This document shows, in pieces, positions 7,902 to 14,965 of a stretch of 32,000 nucleotides of DNA (its first letter is position 1; each line of letters starts with the position of its first letter). The stretch lies in the NCBI GenBank assembly GCA_016210565.1, contig JACQUA010000270.1, forward strand, positions 19,996 to 51,995, given 5' to 3'. Position numbers and translations under genes: made by a program. The notes under the pieces were generated by a model, which saw only the letters and a program-made list of their open reading frames with translations, made no database searches and was not told the DNA's origin. The DNA is from Chloroflexota bacterium (GTDB lineage: Bacteria > Chloroflexota > Dehalococcoidia > JACQUA01).

Positions 7902-8642
7902 TCATTGTTCCTGTCTCACAGGCGGGGACGCCTGTGGCACCGACTGGATTGCCCCGCTTTCGAGGGCGGCGTCGGATTCTGCCAGGCGCTCGGCATCGGC
8001 GGCGGCCCCGTTGATTTTCAGGATCCTGGCAGGGACGCCCACCGCCACGGCGTTCTCAGGGACATCGTTGAAGACCACCGCCCCGGCGCCAACCGTGGCG
8101 CCTTCGCCAATCGTTAGCCGTTGCGCCACGGTCGCCCGAATGCCCACGTGGGCGTACCTCTTGATGGTCACTTTGCCCGCCAGCTTGGCCCCGGGGGAAA
8201 GGTGGGTGTGGTCTTCAATCACGTTGTCATGGTCGATGATGACGCCGGTATTTATGATGACATTGTTGCCGATGGTGGTCCCGGCGTTCACCATGGCGCC
8301 CGAGGCGATCACCACGCCTTCCCCCATTTCGACGCCCCGGGCAATGATGGACCTCGGATGAATGGCGTTTTCCAGCCTGAGGCCCAGCCCCCGCAAGCGG
8401 TTGAAAACCTCCGCCCTTACCCGGTTGTTGCCCACGGCGATGATGGCCGCGTCCAGCTTGTGCCTGGCGACCAGTTCGGGCAGGGAACCCGTACTTCCCA
8501 GGACCGGAACGCCGTCCACGACCTTGTGGTGGGAATCCCGGTCGTCGTCAACAAAGCGGATGAGCTTGACGTTCAGGTTATACCGCAGGATGTCCAGCAC
8601 CACTCTGCCGTGCCCTCCGGCCCCAACGATGACAATGTTCAT
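7902..8642 (-). CDS. NeuD/PglD-family sugar acetyltransferase, paralog of 7074..7718
   Basis: 'MNIVIVGAGGHGR' and 'IGNNVIINTGVIIDHDNVIEDHTHLSPG'. About 35 extra C-terminal residues run into an intergenic hairpin repeat (7915-7942), so the tail may be adventitious. Confidence 0.8.
   Translation of the reverse strand: MNIVIVGAGGHGRVVLDILRYNLNVKLIRFVDDDRDSHHKVVDGVPVLGSTGSLPELVARHKLDAAIIAVGNNRVRAEVFNRLRGLGLRLENAIHPRSIIARGVEMGEGVVIASGAMVNAGTTIGNNVIINTGVIIDHDNVIEDHTHLSPGAKLAGKVTIKRYAHVGIRATVAQRLTIGEGATVGAGAVVFNDVPENAVAVGVPARILKINGAAADAERLAESDAALESGAIQSVPQASPPVRQEQ
7915..7942 (+). repeat. Family-A hairpin repeat copy (overlaps the 3' end of the 7902..8642 ORF)
   Basis: ctcacaggcggggacgcctgtggcaccg; stem CACAGGC/GCCTGTG, loop GGGGAC. 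Confidence 0.8.
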
Positions 8643-8792
8643 GTCAAAAAGTTGTCAGCATCCAGCCAACAGCTTTCAGCCTCCGAATCCCCGTAGCCGG
8701 CGGCTGGCTTGATAGCTAATAGCTGACAGCCGATAGCCGGCAGCCTCTTTTGCATTTTGGTTTGTCATTTAGATTTTTGACTTTTGGTTTTC

Positions 8793-9950
8793 TCAATAGG
8801 TGATCTTCTTCTGGAGAAGTTCGGGCGTACACTGCGTACTGCTCAGAACCTGGGCGATTCTCCCGCCGGCCTTGCCATCGCCGTACGGGCTCTCGCACTT
8901 TCCGACCTCGGCGAGGAACTTCTCGTCGGCCATCGCCCTTTTTATCGCTTGCACTATCTCTTCCTTCCCGTAGCCCACATCAATAACGTTCTTGCCCCGC
9001 TCCCTGCCTTCCTGTCGCGTCCCGATATTTACCGCTGGAACACCGAAAGATGGAGCATCGATTATCCCGCTGCTCGAATTTCCCACCAGTACCTTGGCGA
9101 GCTTCATCAAGCCCAGATACTCTGCCCTGGGTAAGCTGGGAATAGCTCGCAGAACCGGAAAGCGTTTCTCGTATTCCCTGATTACTTCTATCATCTCCCT
9201 TCCACCGGCGTCTGAGTTTGGATACAGCGCGATGGCAGGGTAACCCGTAGCGATAACCGCTTCCAGCGTTTGCGCCATCTGGTCGCCCGCATTCTCCACC
9301 TCGGTGGTTACCGGATGTTGCACCACCAGAACAGGGGGCTTCGACGGATCTATGCCCAATTTCTCAATCAGGACCTCGTCCGGGACCGGCTTCTCGTTCA
9401 AGATAGCATCGAGGGCCGGCGACCCGACCATGTGGATTCTCCATTCGTCCTCACCCATCTTGAGTATTCTTTCGGCGCTCCTGGGCGTGCCCGGGAAATG
9501 AATGTGCGCAAACTTGGTTATGGCATGGCGGGCATACTCATCCAGGCCACCCCTGGAACTGTCCCCACCGTGAATATGGGCCACGGGGATGTTCATGTAA
9601 GCGCTGGAGATGGCCCCTGCCAGGGGTTCTACCCGGTCGCCCAGCACCAGTACCACGTCTGGCCGCAAGTGCCTCCAGGTCTGGGCCATGCCCAGAATCC
9701 CCAGGCCGACTGATTTCGCCATCGCCTCCGAGGTGTCGCTACTGAGAAGCATATCTACCTCGGCTGCGATCGGAAAGCCGTCATTCTCTATGTCTCTGAC
9801 CGTATGGCCAAACTCACGGGAAAGATGCATTCCAGTCACTACCACTGATAACGACAGTTCCGGTCTCGCCTGGATGGCCCTCAAAACTGGAAGAAGTATG
9901 CCGTACTCTGCCCTGGTCCCGGTCACTACAGCAATCTTTCTCATCTTCAC
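8793..9950 (-). CDS. neuC: UDP-N-acetylglucosamine 2-epimerase (hydrolysing), NeuC/LegG type
   Basis: 'IAVVTGTRAEYGILLPVL', 'VAHIHGGD..GGLDE..RHAITKFAHIHF', 'LVGNSSSGIIDAP'. The GTG at 9950 overlaps the upstream stop by 4 nt; ATG 9944 is an alternative start. Confidence 0.85.
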   Translation of the reverse strand: MKMRKIAVVTGTRAEYGILLPVLRAIQARPELSLSVVVTGMHLSREFGHTVRDIENDGFPIAAEVDMLLSSDTSEAMAKSVGLGILGMAQTWRHLRPDVVLVLGDRVEPLAGAISSAYMNIPVAHIHGGDSSRGGLDEYARHAITKFAHIHFPGTPRSAERILKMGEDEWRIHMVGSPALDAILNEKPVPDEVLIEKLGIDPSKPPVLVVQHPVTTEVENAGDQMAQTLEAVIATGYPAIALYPNSDAGGREMIEVIREYEKRFPVLRAIPSLPRAEYLGLMKLAKVLVGNSSSGIIDAPSFGVPAVNIGTRQEGRERGKNVIDVGYGKEEIVQAIKRAMADEKFLAEVGKCESPYGDGKAGGRIAQVLSSTQCTPELLQKKITY

Positions 9951-11125
9951 CCTATTCCGGCCCGGGTTATGATTTCGCCAGACTCTATCTTCTTCTTCGC
10001 CCTTCTGCCCACAACCGAATCCAGATACCGCGGCGCCAGTCCGGTGCCGGGCCTCTTGATATCCAGCATTTCCCGGGTGATCGCGGTCCCCGCCGGGATG
10101 TCCACGCGGGCAACGATGCTCCGCCGCACCGCCTTCCGGTTCTCTTTTTCTTCCCGGCTCAGACGCTTTATCCCGTCGCCCACGGCCCGTTCCACACCCC
10201 TGACGGCCTTCACCATTTCTTTCAATTCACCGGGGTCCAGCGAGGCCCGGTGGTCGGGGCCGGGGAATGTCTTGTCCAGGGTAAAATGCTTTTCGATGAC
10301 GCACGCCCCCAGGGCCGCCGCCGCTATGGGAGCATAGATGCCCACGGTGTGGTCAGACAGCCCGGCAGGCAATCCAAAAGTCCGTCTCAGGGTCTCTATC
10401 ACCCCGAGGTTGGCGTCTTCCAGCTTTGCCGGATAGCAGGAGACACAATGAAGCAGCACGATGTTCTTCGTTCCCTGGCTCCGGAGCACCTGTATGGCTT
10501 CCCCTATCTCATCCAGTGTGGACATGCCGGTGGAGAGAATGACGGGTTTTCCGCTGGCGGCGATGTGCTTCAACAGGGGCAGGTTGGTTATCTCGCCGGA
10601 GGGAATCTTGAATGCCGGCACGCCGAGGGCGCAAAGCAGATCGACGCTTCCCGCGTCGAATGCGGTGGAAAGGAACACGATGCCCCTTTTCCGGGCGTAG
10701 GCCGAAAGGCGTTTGAAATCCCCCGGCCGGAGTTCGAGTCTCTTGAGCATGTCGAGCTGGGCTTCATCTTCGCGGGTGGTCTGCTTCTGGTAGGGGGCCT
10801 TCCCCGCGGAGGCGGTGACTATTTCCTCGGCCTGAAAGGTCTGGAATTTGACGGCGTCGGCGCCTGCTTCAACGGCAGCGTCGATGAGCTTCATGGCCAG
10901 GTTGACGTCGCCGTTGTGATTGACCCCGGCTTCAGCGATGATGAAGCAGGGTTGGCCTTCCCCAACGGGTCTGCCGGCGACATTGAAGAACAACAACGCC
11001 CCGGTACGACGGGCATCTTGCCCGTCGGCCGGTTCGAGGGGCCGCACGGGCGGGACGCCCGTGCTACGGTTGGTGCGTGTCCGCCGCTGAGGCTTACGTC
11101 TTTGTGTGGTTACGTGAATTGGCAT
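9947..11125 (-). CDS. neuB: NeuB-family nonulosonic acid synthase (canonical; NeuB/LegI/PseI type) with C-terminal SAF domain
   Basis: Motifs 'CFIIAEAGVNHNGD', 'VKFQ', 'FKIPSGE', 'ILSTGM', 'LLHCVSCYP', 'LSDHT', 'EKHFTLD..GPDH.ASL'. The first ~43 residues are Arg/Pro-rich and unlike NeuB N-termini, so the true start is probably internal (e.g. TTG 10996). The maximal ORF is reported. Confidence 0.85.
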   Translation of the reverse strand: MPIHVTTQRRKPQRRTRTNRSTGVPPVRPLEPADGQDARRTGALLFFNVAGRPVGEGQPCFIIAEAGVNHNGDVNLAMKLIDAAVEAGADAVKFQTFQAEEIVTASAGKAPYQKQTTREDEAQLDMLKRLELRPGDFKRLSAYARKRGIVFLSTAFDAGSVDLLCALGVPAFKIPSGEITNLPLLKHIAASGKPVILSTGMSTLDEIGEAIQVLRSQGTKNIVLLHCVSCYPAKLEDANLGVIETLRRTFGLPAGLSDHTVGIYAPIAAAALGACVIEKHFTLDKTFPGPDHRASLDPGELKEMVKAVRGVERAVGDGIKRLSREEKENRKAVRRSIVARVDIPAGTAITREMLDIKRPGTGLAPRYLDSVVGRRAKKKIESGEIITRAGIG

Positions 11126-11138
11126 TGGTTTGGTTCAA

Positions 11139-11307
11139 CTCTCACAGGCACGGAGGCCTGTGGTACCGGTTCGGCTCTCACAGGCACGGAGGCCTGTGGT
11201 ACCGGTTCAGCTCTCACAGGCACGGAGGCCTGTGGTACCGGTTCGGCTCTCGCAGGCACGGTGGCCTGTGGTACCGGTTCGGCTCTCGCAGGCACGGTGG
11301 CCTGCGG
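11139..11307 (+). repeat. 36-bp tandem repeat, 4 full units plus a partial fifth; each unit is a family-A hairpin
   Basis: Units start at 11139, 11175, 11211, 11247 and 11283 (CTCTCACAGGCACGGAGGCCTGTGGTACCGGTTCGG). Units 4-5 carry CGCAGGC and loop ACGGTG variants. Confidence 0.95.
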
Positions 11308-11321
11308 CGCTGAGTGTTCGT

Positions 11322-11383
11322 GGTGGGTTCGCGCACCCGCCACCCCCATCTTGCCAACCCCCGTGCGCTTAACCCACCCTACG
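11322..11383 (+). repeat. Family-B ~60-nt hairpin element (GGTGGGTTCGCGCA...C-rich loop...TGCGCTTAACCCACCCTACG)
   Basis: The terminal arms GGTGGGTT / AACCCACC and inner arms GCGCAC / GTGCGC are reverse complements. Other copies lie at 12805, 12911 and 23777. Confidence 0.85.
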
Positions 11384-11405
11384 CCTGGATCGTTGGCGAT
11401 TGGAA

Positions 11406-11450
11406 CATTCGTCATTGAATCGTCATTCGGATTTCGTCATTCGTCATTTC
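11406..11450. repeat. Cluster of four CGTCATT heptamers directly after the aminotransferase stop codon
   Basis: CGTCATT occurs at 11410, 11421, 11435 and 11442. The 3' part (GGATTTCGTCATTCGTCATTTC) recurs as GGATTTCACATTCGTCATTTC at 12887-12907, and partly at 8753-8770. Confidence 0.7.
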
Positions 11451-12767
11451 TCAATTCAGCCTCTTGAAACTGGAATGGGCCACCGGGCCGTGGGGCAACT
11501 GTTCCAGCCTGTTGTCCCTGACATAGGGTACCAGCTCACCCAGGGTCTGGTCCAGAGCGCCCAGGTAAGCACTGACCTGCTCCCTGGTATGGGCGTAGGT
11601 GGCATAGAATGCCTTTGACGACAGGAAGCCCCTGTGGAGCATCCTCTCGGTGATGATCGTATGCAGCAGGGGACTGCCGGGCGCCTTGATTTCCCAGTGC
11701 CCGAGCGGGGGGATGCCCGAAACGTCGACGGGCAGGCCGTGTTTCTCCGCCAGGCCCCGCCATCCCGCCTGCACCTGGTTGCCTATCTCAACGAGATGGG
11801 CGCTGACATTCAGCCGCCGGTGCTTGTTCAGGGTGGCCAGCGCCGCCGCCGGGCCGATCCGGTCCGTCCAGAAGGTGCTGGAGATGAAGGAGGTTTGGGC
11901 AGCCTGCATGACGCCGGCCTTCCCGAAAATGGCCGCCATGGGATAGCCGTTGCCCAGGGACTTGGCCAGTACGGCCACGTCCGGCTCGACGCCCAGTTTC
12001 AGATGGATGCCGCCGGGGGCCATCCGCAGCCCCGAGGTCACTTCGTCAAAGACCAGCGGGACGCCGCTCTCCCTGGTCTTCCGCCGGATGGTCTCCAGGA
12101 AACCCTTTTTCGGCCAGTAGTTCCTGACCGGTTCCATCACCACCGCGGCGAGCTCGCGCGAATGCTTGTTAAACAGGGACTCGAACCCATCCAGGTCGTT
12201 GTACGGAAAGGGGACCGCCGTATCCCGCAGGCCCCTGGGCACACCCTTCGGCTCCAGTCCCGGCAGCAGTTGCCCGTCCAAAGCCGTTGATTCCGCCAGG
12301 TTAGCCGAGAGATACCAATCGTGCCATCCGTGGTAGCCGCAAAACAGTATCCTGTCTTTACCCGTGGCGGCCCGCGCTATCCTGACGGCCACCGCCATGG
12401 CCTCGCCGCCGGTCCTGGCGAATCGCGCCATCTCGGCCCAGGGGTGAATCTCGCATAGGAGTTCGGCCAGCTCCACCTCTTCCGGCGCATTCAGCGTGGA
12501 CATATTGCCGGCCCTGATGGCGCCGGTAACGGCTTCATCCACGTCGGGGTCGGCGTGGCCCAGGGTGCAGGCGCCGACTCCGGAAATAGACATGTCTAAA
12601 TACCTTTTGCCGTCCAGATCCCAGACTTCCGAACCCTTCGCCCTGGAATAGTAGGCCGGCCACCGGTCCGGGAGGAAAAGCTCGGCGCGTTTCGAAAGTA
12701 GCTGGCCTCCCCCGGGGATCAGCTTTTTGGCCTTATTCCACAGTTCAGCCCCGGTATTGAGGTTCAT
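11451..12767 (-). CDS. Class-III (PLP) aminotransferase, glutamate-1-semialdehyde 2,1-aminomutase-like
   Basis: 438 aa. 'FLETIRRKTRESGVPLVFDEVTSGLRMAPGG', 'VAVLAKSLGNGYPMAA'; overall HemL-like layout inside a sugar operon. Confidence 0.8.
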   Translation of the reverse strand: MNLNTGAELWNKAKKLIPGGGQLLSKRAELFLPDRWPAYYSRAKGSEVWDLDGKRYLDMSISGVGACTLGHADPDVDEAVTGAIRAGNMSTLNAPEEVELAELLCEIHPWAEMARFARTGGEAMAVAVRIARAATGKDRILFCGYHGWHDWYLSANLAESTALDGQLLPGLEPKGVPRGLRDTAVPFPYNDLDGFESLFNKHSRELAAVVMEPVRNYWPKKGFLETIRRKTRESGVPLVFDEVTSGLRMAPGGIHLKLGVEPDVAVLAKSLGNGYPMAAIFGKAGVMQAAQTSFISSTFWTDRIGPAAALATLNKHRRLNVSAHLVEIGNQVQAGWRGLAEKHGLPVDVSGIPPLGHWEIKAPGSPLLHTIITERMLHRGFLSSKAFYATYAHTREQVSAYLGALDQTLGELVPYVRDNRLEQLPHGPVAHSSFKRLN

Positions 12768-12777
12768 TGCTCTCTCC

Positions 12778-12802
12778 TGTCACCCTGAGCCGAAACCCTG
12801 AG
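12778..12802. repeat. 25-nt motif TGTCACCCTGAGCCGAAACCCTGAG, copy 2
   Basis: Identical to 7730-7754. It ends 10 nt before the ATG at 12767, with AGGAGAG between the motif and the start codon. Confidence 0.85.
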
Positions 12803-12804
12803 CC

Positions 12805-12862
12805 CGTAGGGTGGTTAAGCGCGACAGGGTGGTGTTGACGGGGGTGGTTGCGCGAACCCACC
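12805..12862 (-). repeat. Family-B hairpin element, inverted copy
   Basis: cgtagggtggttaagcgcg...ggttgcgcgaacccacc is the reverse-complement orientation of the family. Confidence 0.8.
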
Positions 12863-12910
12863 CTATGCACGGCAAGGCTCCATTTTGGATTTCACATTCG
12901 TCATTTCAGC

Positions 12911-12970
12911 GGTGGGTTCGCACAGCCACTCCCGTTCCCCACCACCCCTCTGTGCTTAACCCACCCTACG
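12911..12970 (+). repeat. Family-B hairpin element
   Basis: ggtgggttcgcacag...ctgtgcttaacccaccctacg. The inner stem GCACAG/CTGTGC covaries relative to the other copies. It forms an inverted pair with 12805-12862. Confidence 0.85.
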
Positions 12971-12974
12971 CGGT

Positions 12975-13949
12975 TTATTTTCCTTCTATCTGATGCAGCA
13001 GTTGCAGAACTTTGATGTCCTCTTCCAGGGAGTTGGGAAAGGTCCCCCGGCCGGCCACGGCATCCAGAAACGACCGGATTTCATCGATGTACATGTTCTC
13101 GGTTATGTTCCGGTTGTAGCCCTCCGCGCTCAGCCCCTGAGGGTAAGTGTAGTGAATCCAGCTCTGGCTGGCCGCGTCATACAGATTGACCACGGCTTCA
13201 TCCCAGCGCCACAGTACCTGTCCCCTTTCCATGTTCAGCACCAGGCTCCTCGTGGCGTACCTGGAGACGACGTCGATGGTCATGCTGCCGTAGGAACCGC
13301 CGAAATCCATGGCGACCACGTAGGTATCGTCGATGTCGGCGCCAACGTCCATGGTCTTCCCGAAGAGCCCTTTGACGCTCCGGGGAAAACCGACGACATC
13401 GACCAGCCAGGTAAGCTCGAAGGGAATGATCTCCCGGCAGCCCCCGGTCTCTTTCTGGCCCACGTAGAAGTCCTTGACGGCTTCCCAGGGATGCCAGTCC
13501 GGCAGGTACTGGCCGGAATGATAGGTGAAATTGGTCACCCTGCCGTACTGGCCGCCTTTCACAATTCCCTTGATATCGCGTATCGCCGGGTGGAACCTCA
13601 GGGTGCACGAAGGGGCGATCAGGACCTTCTGCTTCCGGGCGAGCTCGTCCAGGGCGGCCAGGCCATCCAGGATCACGCTGGCTTCCACGAAGGCCGGTTT
13701 CCCGTGCCCCAGGGCGGTGCGGAGGCACTGGTTGTGCTTGTCCGGAGGGGTCGAAATAATCATCGCGTCCGCGCTATCGAGGACCTGGCTGTCCAGGCCG
13801 CCCACCACCCGGACGTTGTATTTCTCCTTGACCTCGCTCCTTCTATCCTCCCTGAGGTCAAAACCCACGATATTCTGGATTCCCAGGCTTTTCAGGCACC
13901 GCACCCTTCGTTTGCCCATGGAGCCCAGCCCCATGATCAGCACGTTCAT
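12975..13949 (-). CDS. Gfo/Idh/MocA-family NAD(P)-dependent oxidoreductase
   Basis: 'MNVLIMGLGSMGKRRVRCL' N-terminal Rossmann motif and 'STPPDKH', typical of the family. ATG 13949 forms an ATGA overlap with the upstream stop; the track start at 13970 is an extension. Confidence 0.75.
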   Translation of the reverse strand: MNVLIMGLGSMGKRRVRCLKSLGIQNIVGFDLREDRRSEVKEKYNVRVVGGLDSQVLDSADAMIISTPPDKHNQCLRTALGHGKPAFVEASVILDGLAALDELARKQKVLIAPSCTLRFHPAIRDIKGIVKGGQYGRVTNFTYHSGQYLPDWHPWEAVKDFYVGQKETGGCREIIPFELTWLVDVVGFPRSVKGLFGKTMDVGADIDDTYVVAMDFGGSYGSMTIDVVSRYATRSLVLNMERGQVLWRWDEAVVNLYDAASQSWIHYTYPQGLSAEGYNRNITENMYIDEIRSFLDAVAGRGTFPNSLEEDIKVLQLLHQIEGK

Positions 13950-14755
13950 TGTGTCTTGCCCTGTCGCCATCGGATCTTTTGTTCCTTCTTCTCTATGCCT
14001 TTCAGGTATTGCTCGTTGACTTCCCTGGTTATCTCGTTCAGTTCCGGATTGCGGTTGAACACGCCCACGATCTCTTTGAGGCTGAAGACCTTGCCCGGAA
14101 CGTGCAGCCTGGCAAAGACCTCCTGGAACACCTTGAAGTCCTCCTGGTAATCCAGGGTCAATCTGATGTCGGGGCGGGCCAGCTCCGGATCGTCGACCGG
14201 CACCGTTTCGACTTTGAACAGGCCGCTATCCGTGAAGTAGCGGCCCCAGACCTCGGTGTCGCTTTCGGCCTTCATCTCGCAGACCTTTTTGAGGGCGGCG
14301 ATCTTCAGGCCCACGCAGGCTATTCCCAAGGGCAACCCGTCGGTCTTGACCATGTCGGCCCCGGTGTCGATGAGCTTCTGGATGGTCTTATCAATGTAAA
14401 CGGGGTCGCACAGGATGTCGTCCCCGTCCACGGCCGCCATAAGCTCAATGCCGTATTTCGACGCGGCGCCCAGGAACCTTTCCAGCTTGTCGTCTTCGCT
14501 GCCCCGAAAGCCTTCGATGCCGTTCTTCCGGGCGATCTCCGCCAGGACGGCGTCATCGGGGTGCGTCGAGGTGCAGAGCACGACAAGGTCGGGGAGCCTG
14601 GCCGTCTTCAGCCGGTCGATAAGGTGCTCGATCGTGGTCCGGCCCAGGATTTGAAGCAGGGCTTTCTTCGGCAGCCGGGTCGATTTCATCCTCACCGCTA
14701 TGAAAATAGCGGACTTCGGGCGTTTCTCGTTTCTCTCAGTGACTACACGTGCCAT
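13946..14755 (-). CDS. SpsF-like cytidylyltransferase (CMP-ulosonic acid synthetase family)
   Basis: 'SAIFIAVRMKSTRLPKKAL' nucleotidyl-transfer motif, 'GFRGSEDDKLERF', 'VDGDDI'. Paralog of 16096..16932. Confidence 0.75.
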   Translation of the reverse strand: MARVVTERNEKRPKSAIFIAVRMKSTRLPKKALLQILGRTTIEHLIDRLKTARLPDLVVLCTSTHPDDAVLAEIARKNGIEGFRGSEDDKLERFLGAASKYGIELMAAVDGDDILCDPVYIDKTIQKLIDTGADMVKTDGLPLGIACVGLKIAALKKVCEMKAESDTEVWGRYFTDSGLFKVETVPVDDPELARPDIRLTLDYQEDFKVFQEVFARLHVPGKVFSLKEIVGVFNRNPELNEITREVNEQYLKGIEKKEQKIRWRQGKTQ

Positions 14756-14837
14756 CTATTTCCTGCACTTTTCCGCCGGGACCGGCTGTAGTCGCTGACC
14801 ATACCCCACATCGAGGGCTGGACACGCGGGAAAATAA

Positions 14838-14953
14838 GGGGTGGCGCCCCGATGCATCGGGGCCTGCGCATGCCATGTGAGCTTTAACCTTCATAATCGT
14901 AGCTCGGTGTTGTCTAATTGTCTCGCTGGCTCCGCCTTGCGGAGCGCCACCCC
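14838..14953. repeat. Structured intergenic segment: a 10-nt long-range inverted repeat enclosing two local hairpins
   Basis: GGGGTGGCGC (14838-14847) pairs with GCGCCACCCC (14944-14953). Inside are an 18-nt perfect palindrome GCCCCGATGCATCGGGGC (14846-14863) and the hairpin CTCCGC-ctt-GCGGAG (14930-14944). Confidence 0.75.
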
Positions 14954-14965
14954 CCGTAAATCGGT

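Noticed and set aside
9947-11125. The Arg/Pro-rich 43-residue N-terminal leader of NeuB copy 1, considered as a possible signal or targeting extension.
   Set aside because: The composition (RRKPQRRTRTNR...) looks like non-coding GC-rich DNA read in frame. NeuB homologs, including the three paralogs here, start about 10-20 residues before the IAE.G.NH motif. An internal TTG start is more plausible, though this is unproven.
11139-11307. Possible CRISPR array, given 36-bp repeats with hairpin potential.
   Set aside because: The units are directly abutting with no unique spacers. Only about 4.7 copies are present, there are no cas genes in the window, and the same hairpin occurs singly elsewhere. 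This is a tandem REP-like array, not CRISPR.
11110-11415. 101-aa minus-strand ORF (and 11130-11372 / 11077-11313 on the + strand) encoding 12-residue peptide repeats such as EPVPQASVPVRA.
   Set aside because: The periodicity is simply the 36-bp tandem DNA repeat read in frame. The rest of the ORF is made of family-B and heptamer repeats. All frames on both strands are open, there is no RBS, and there is no non-repeat domain.
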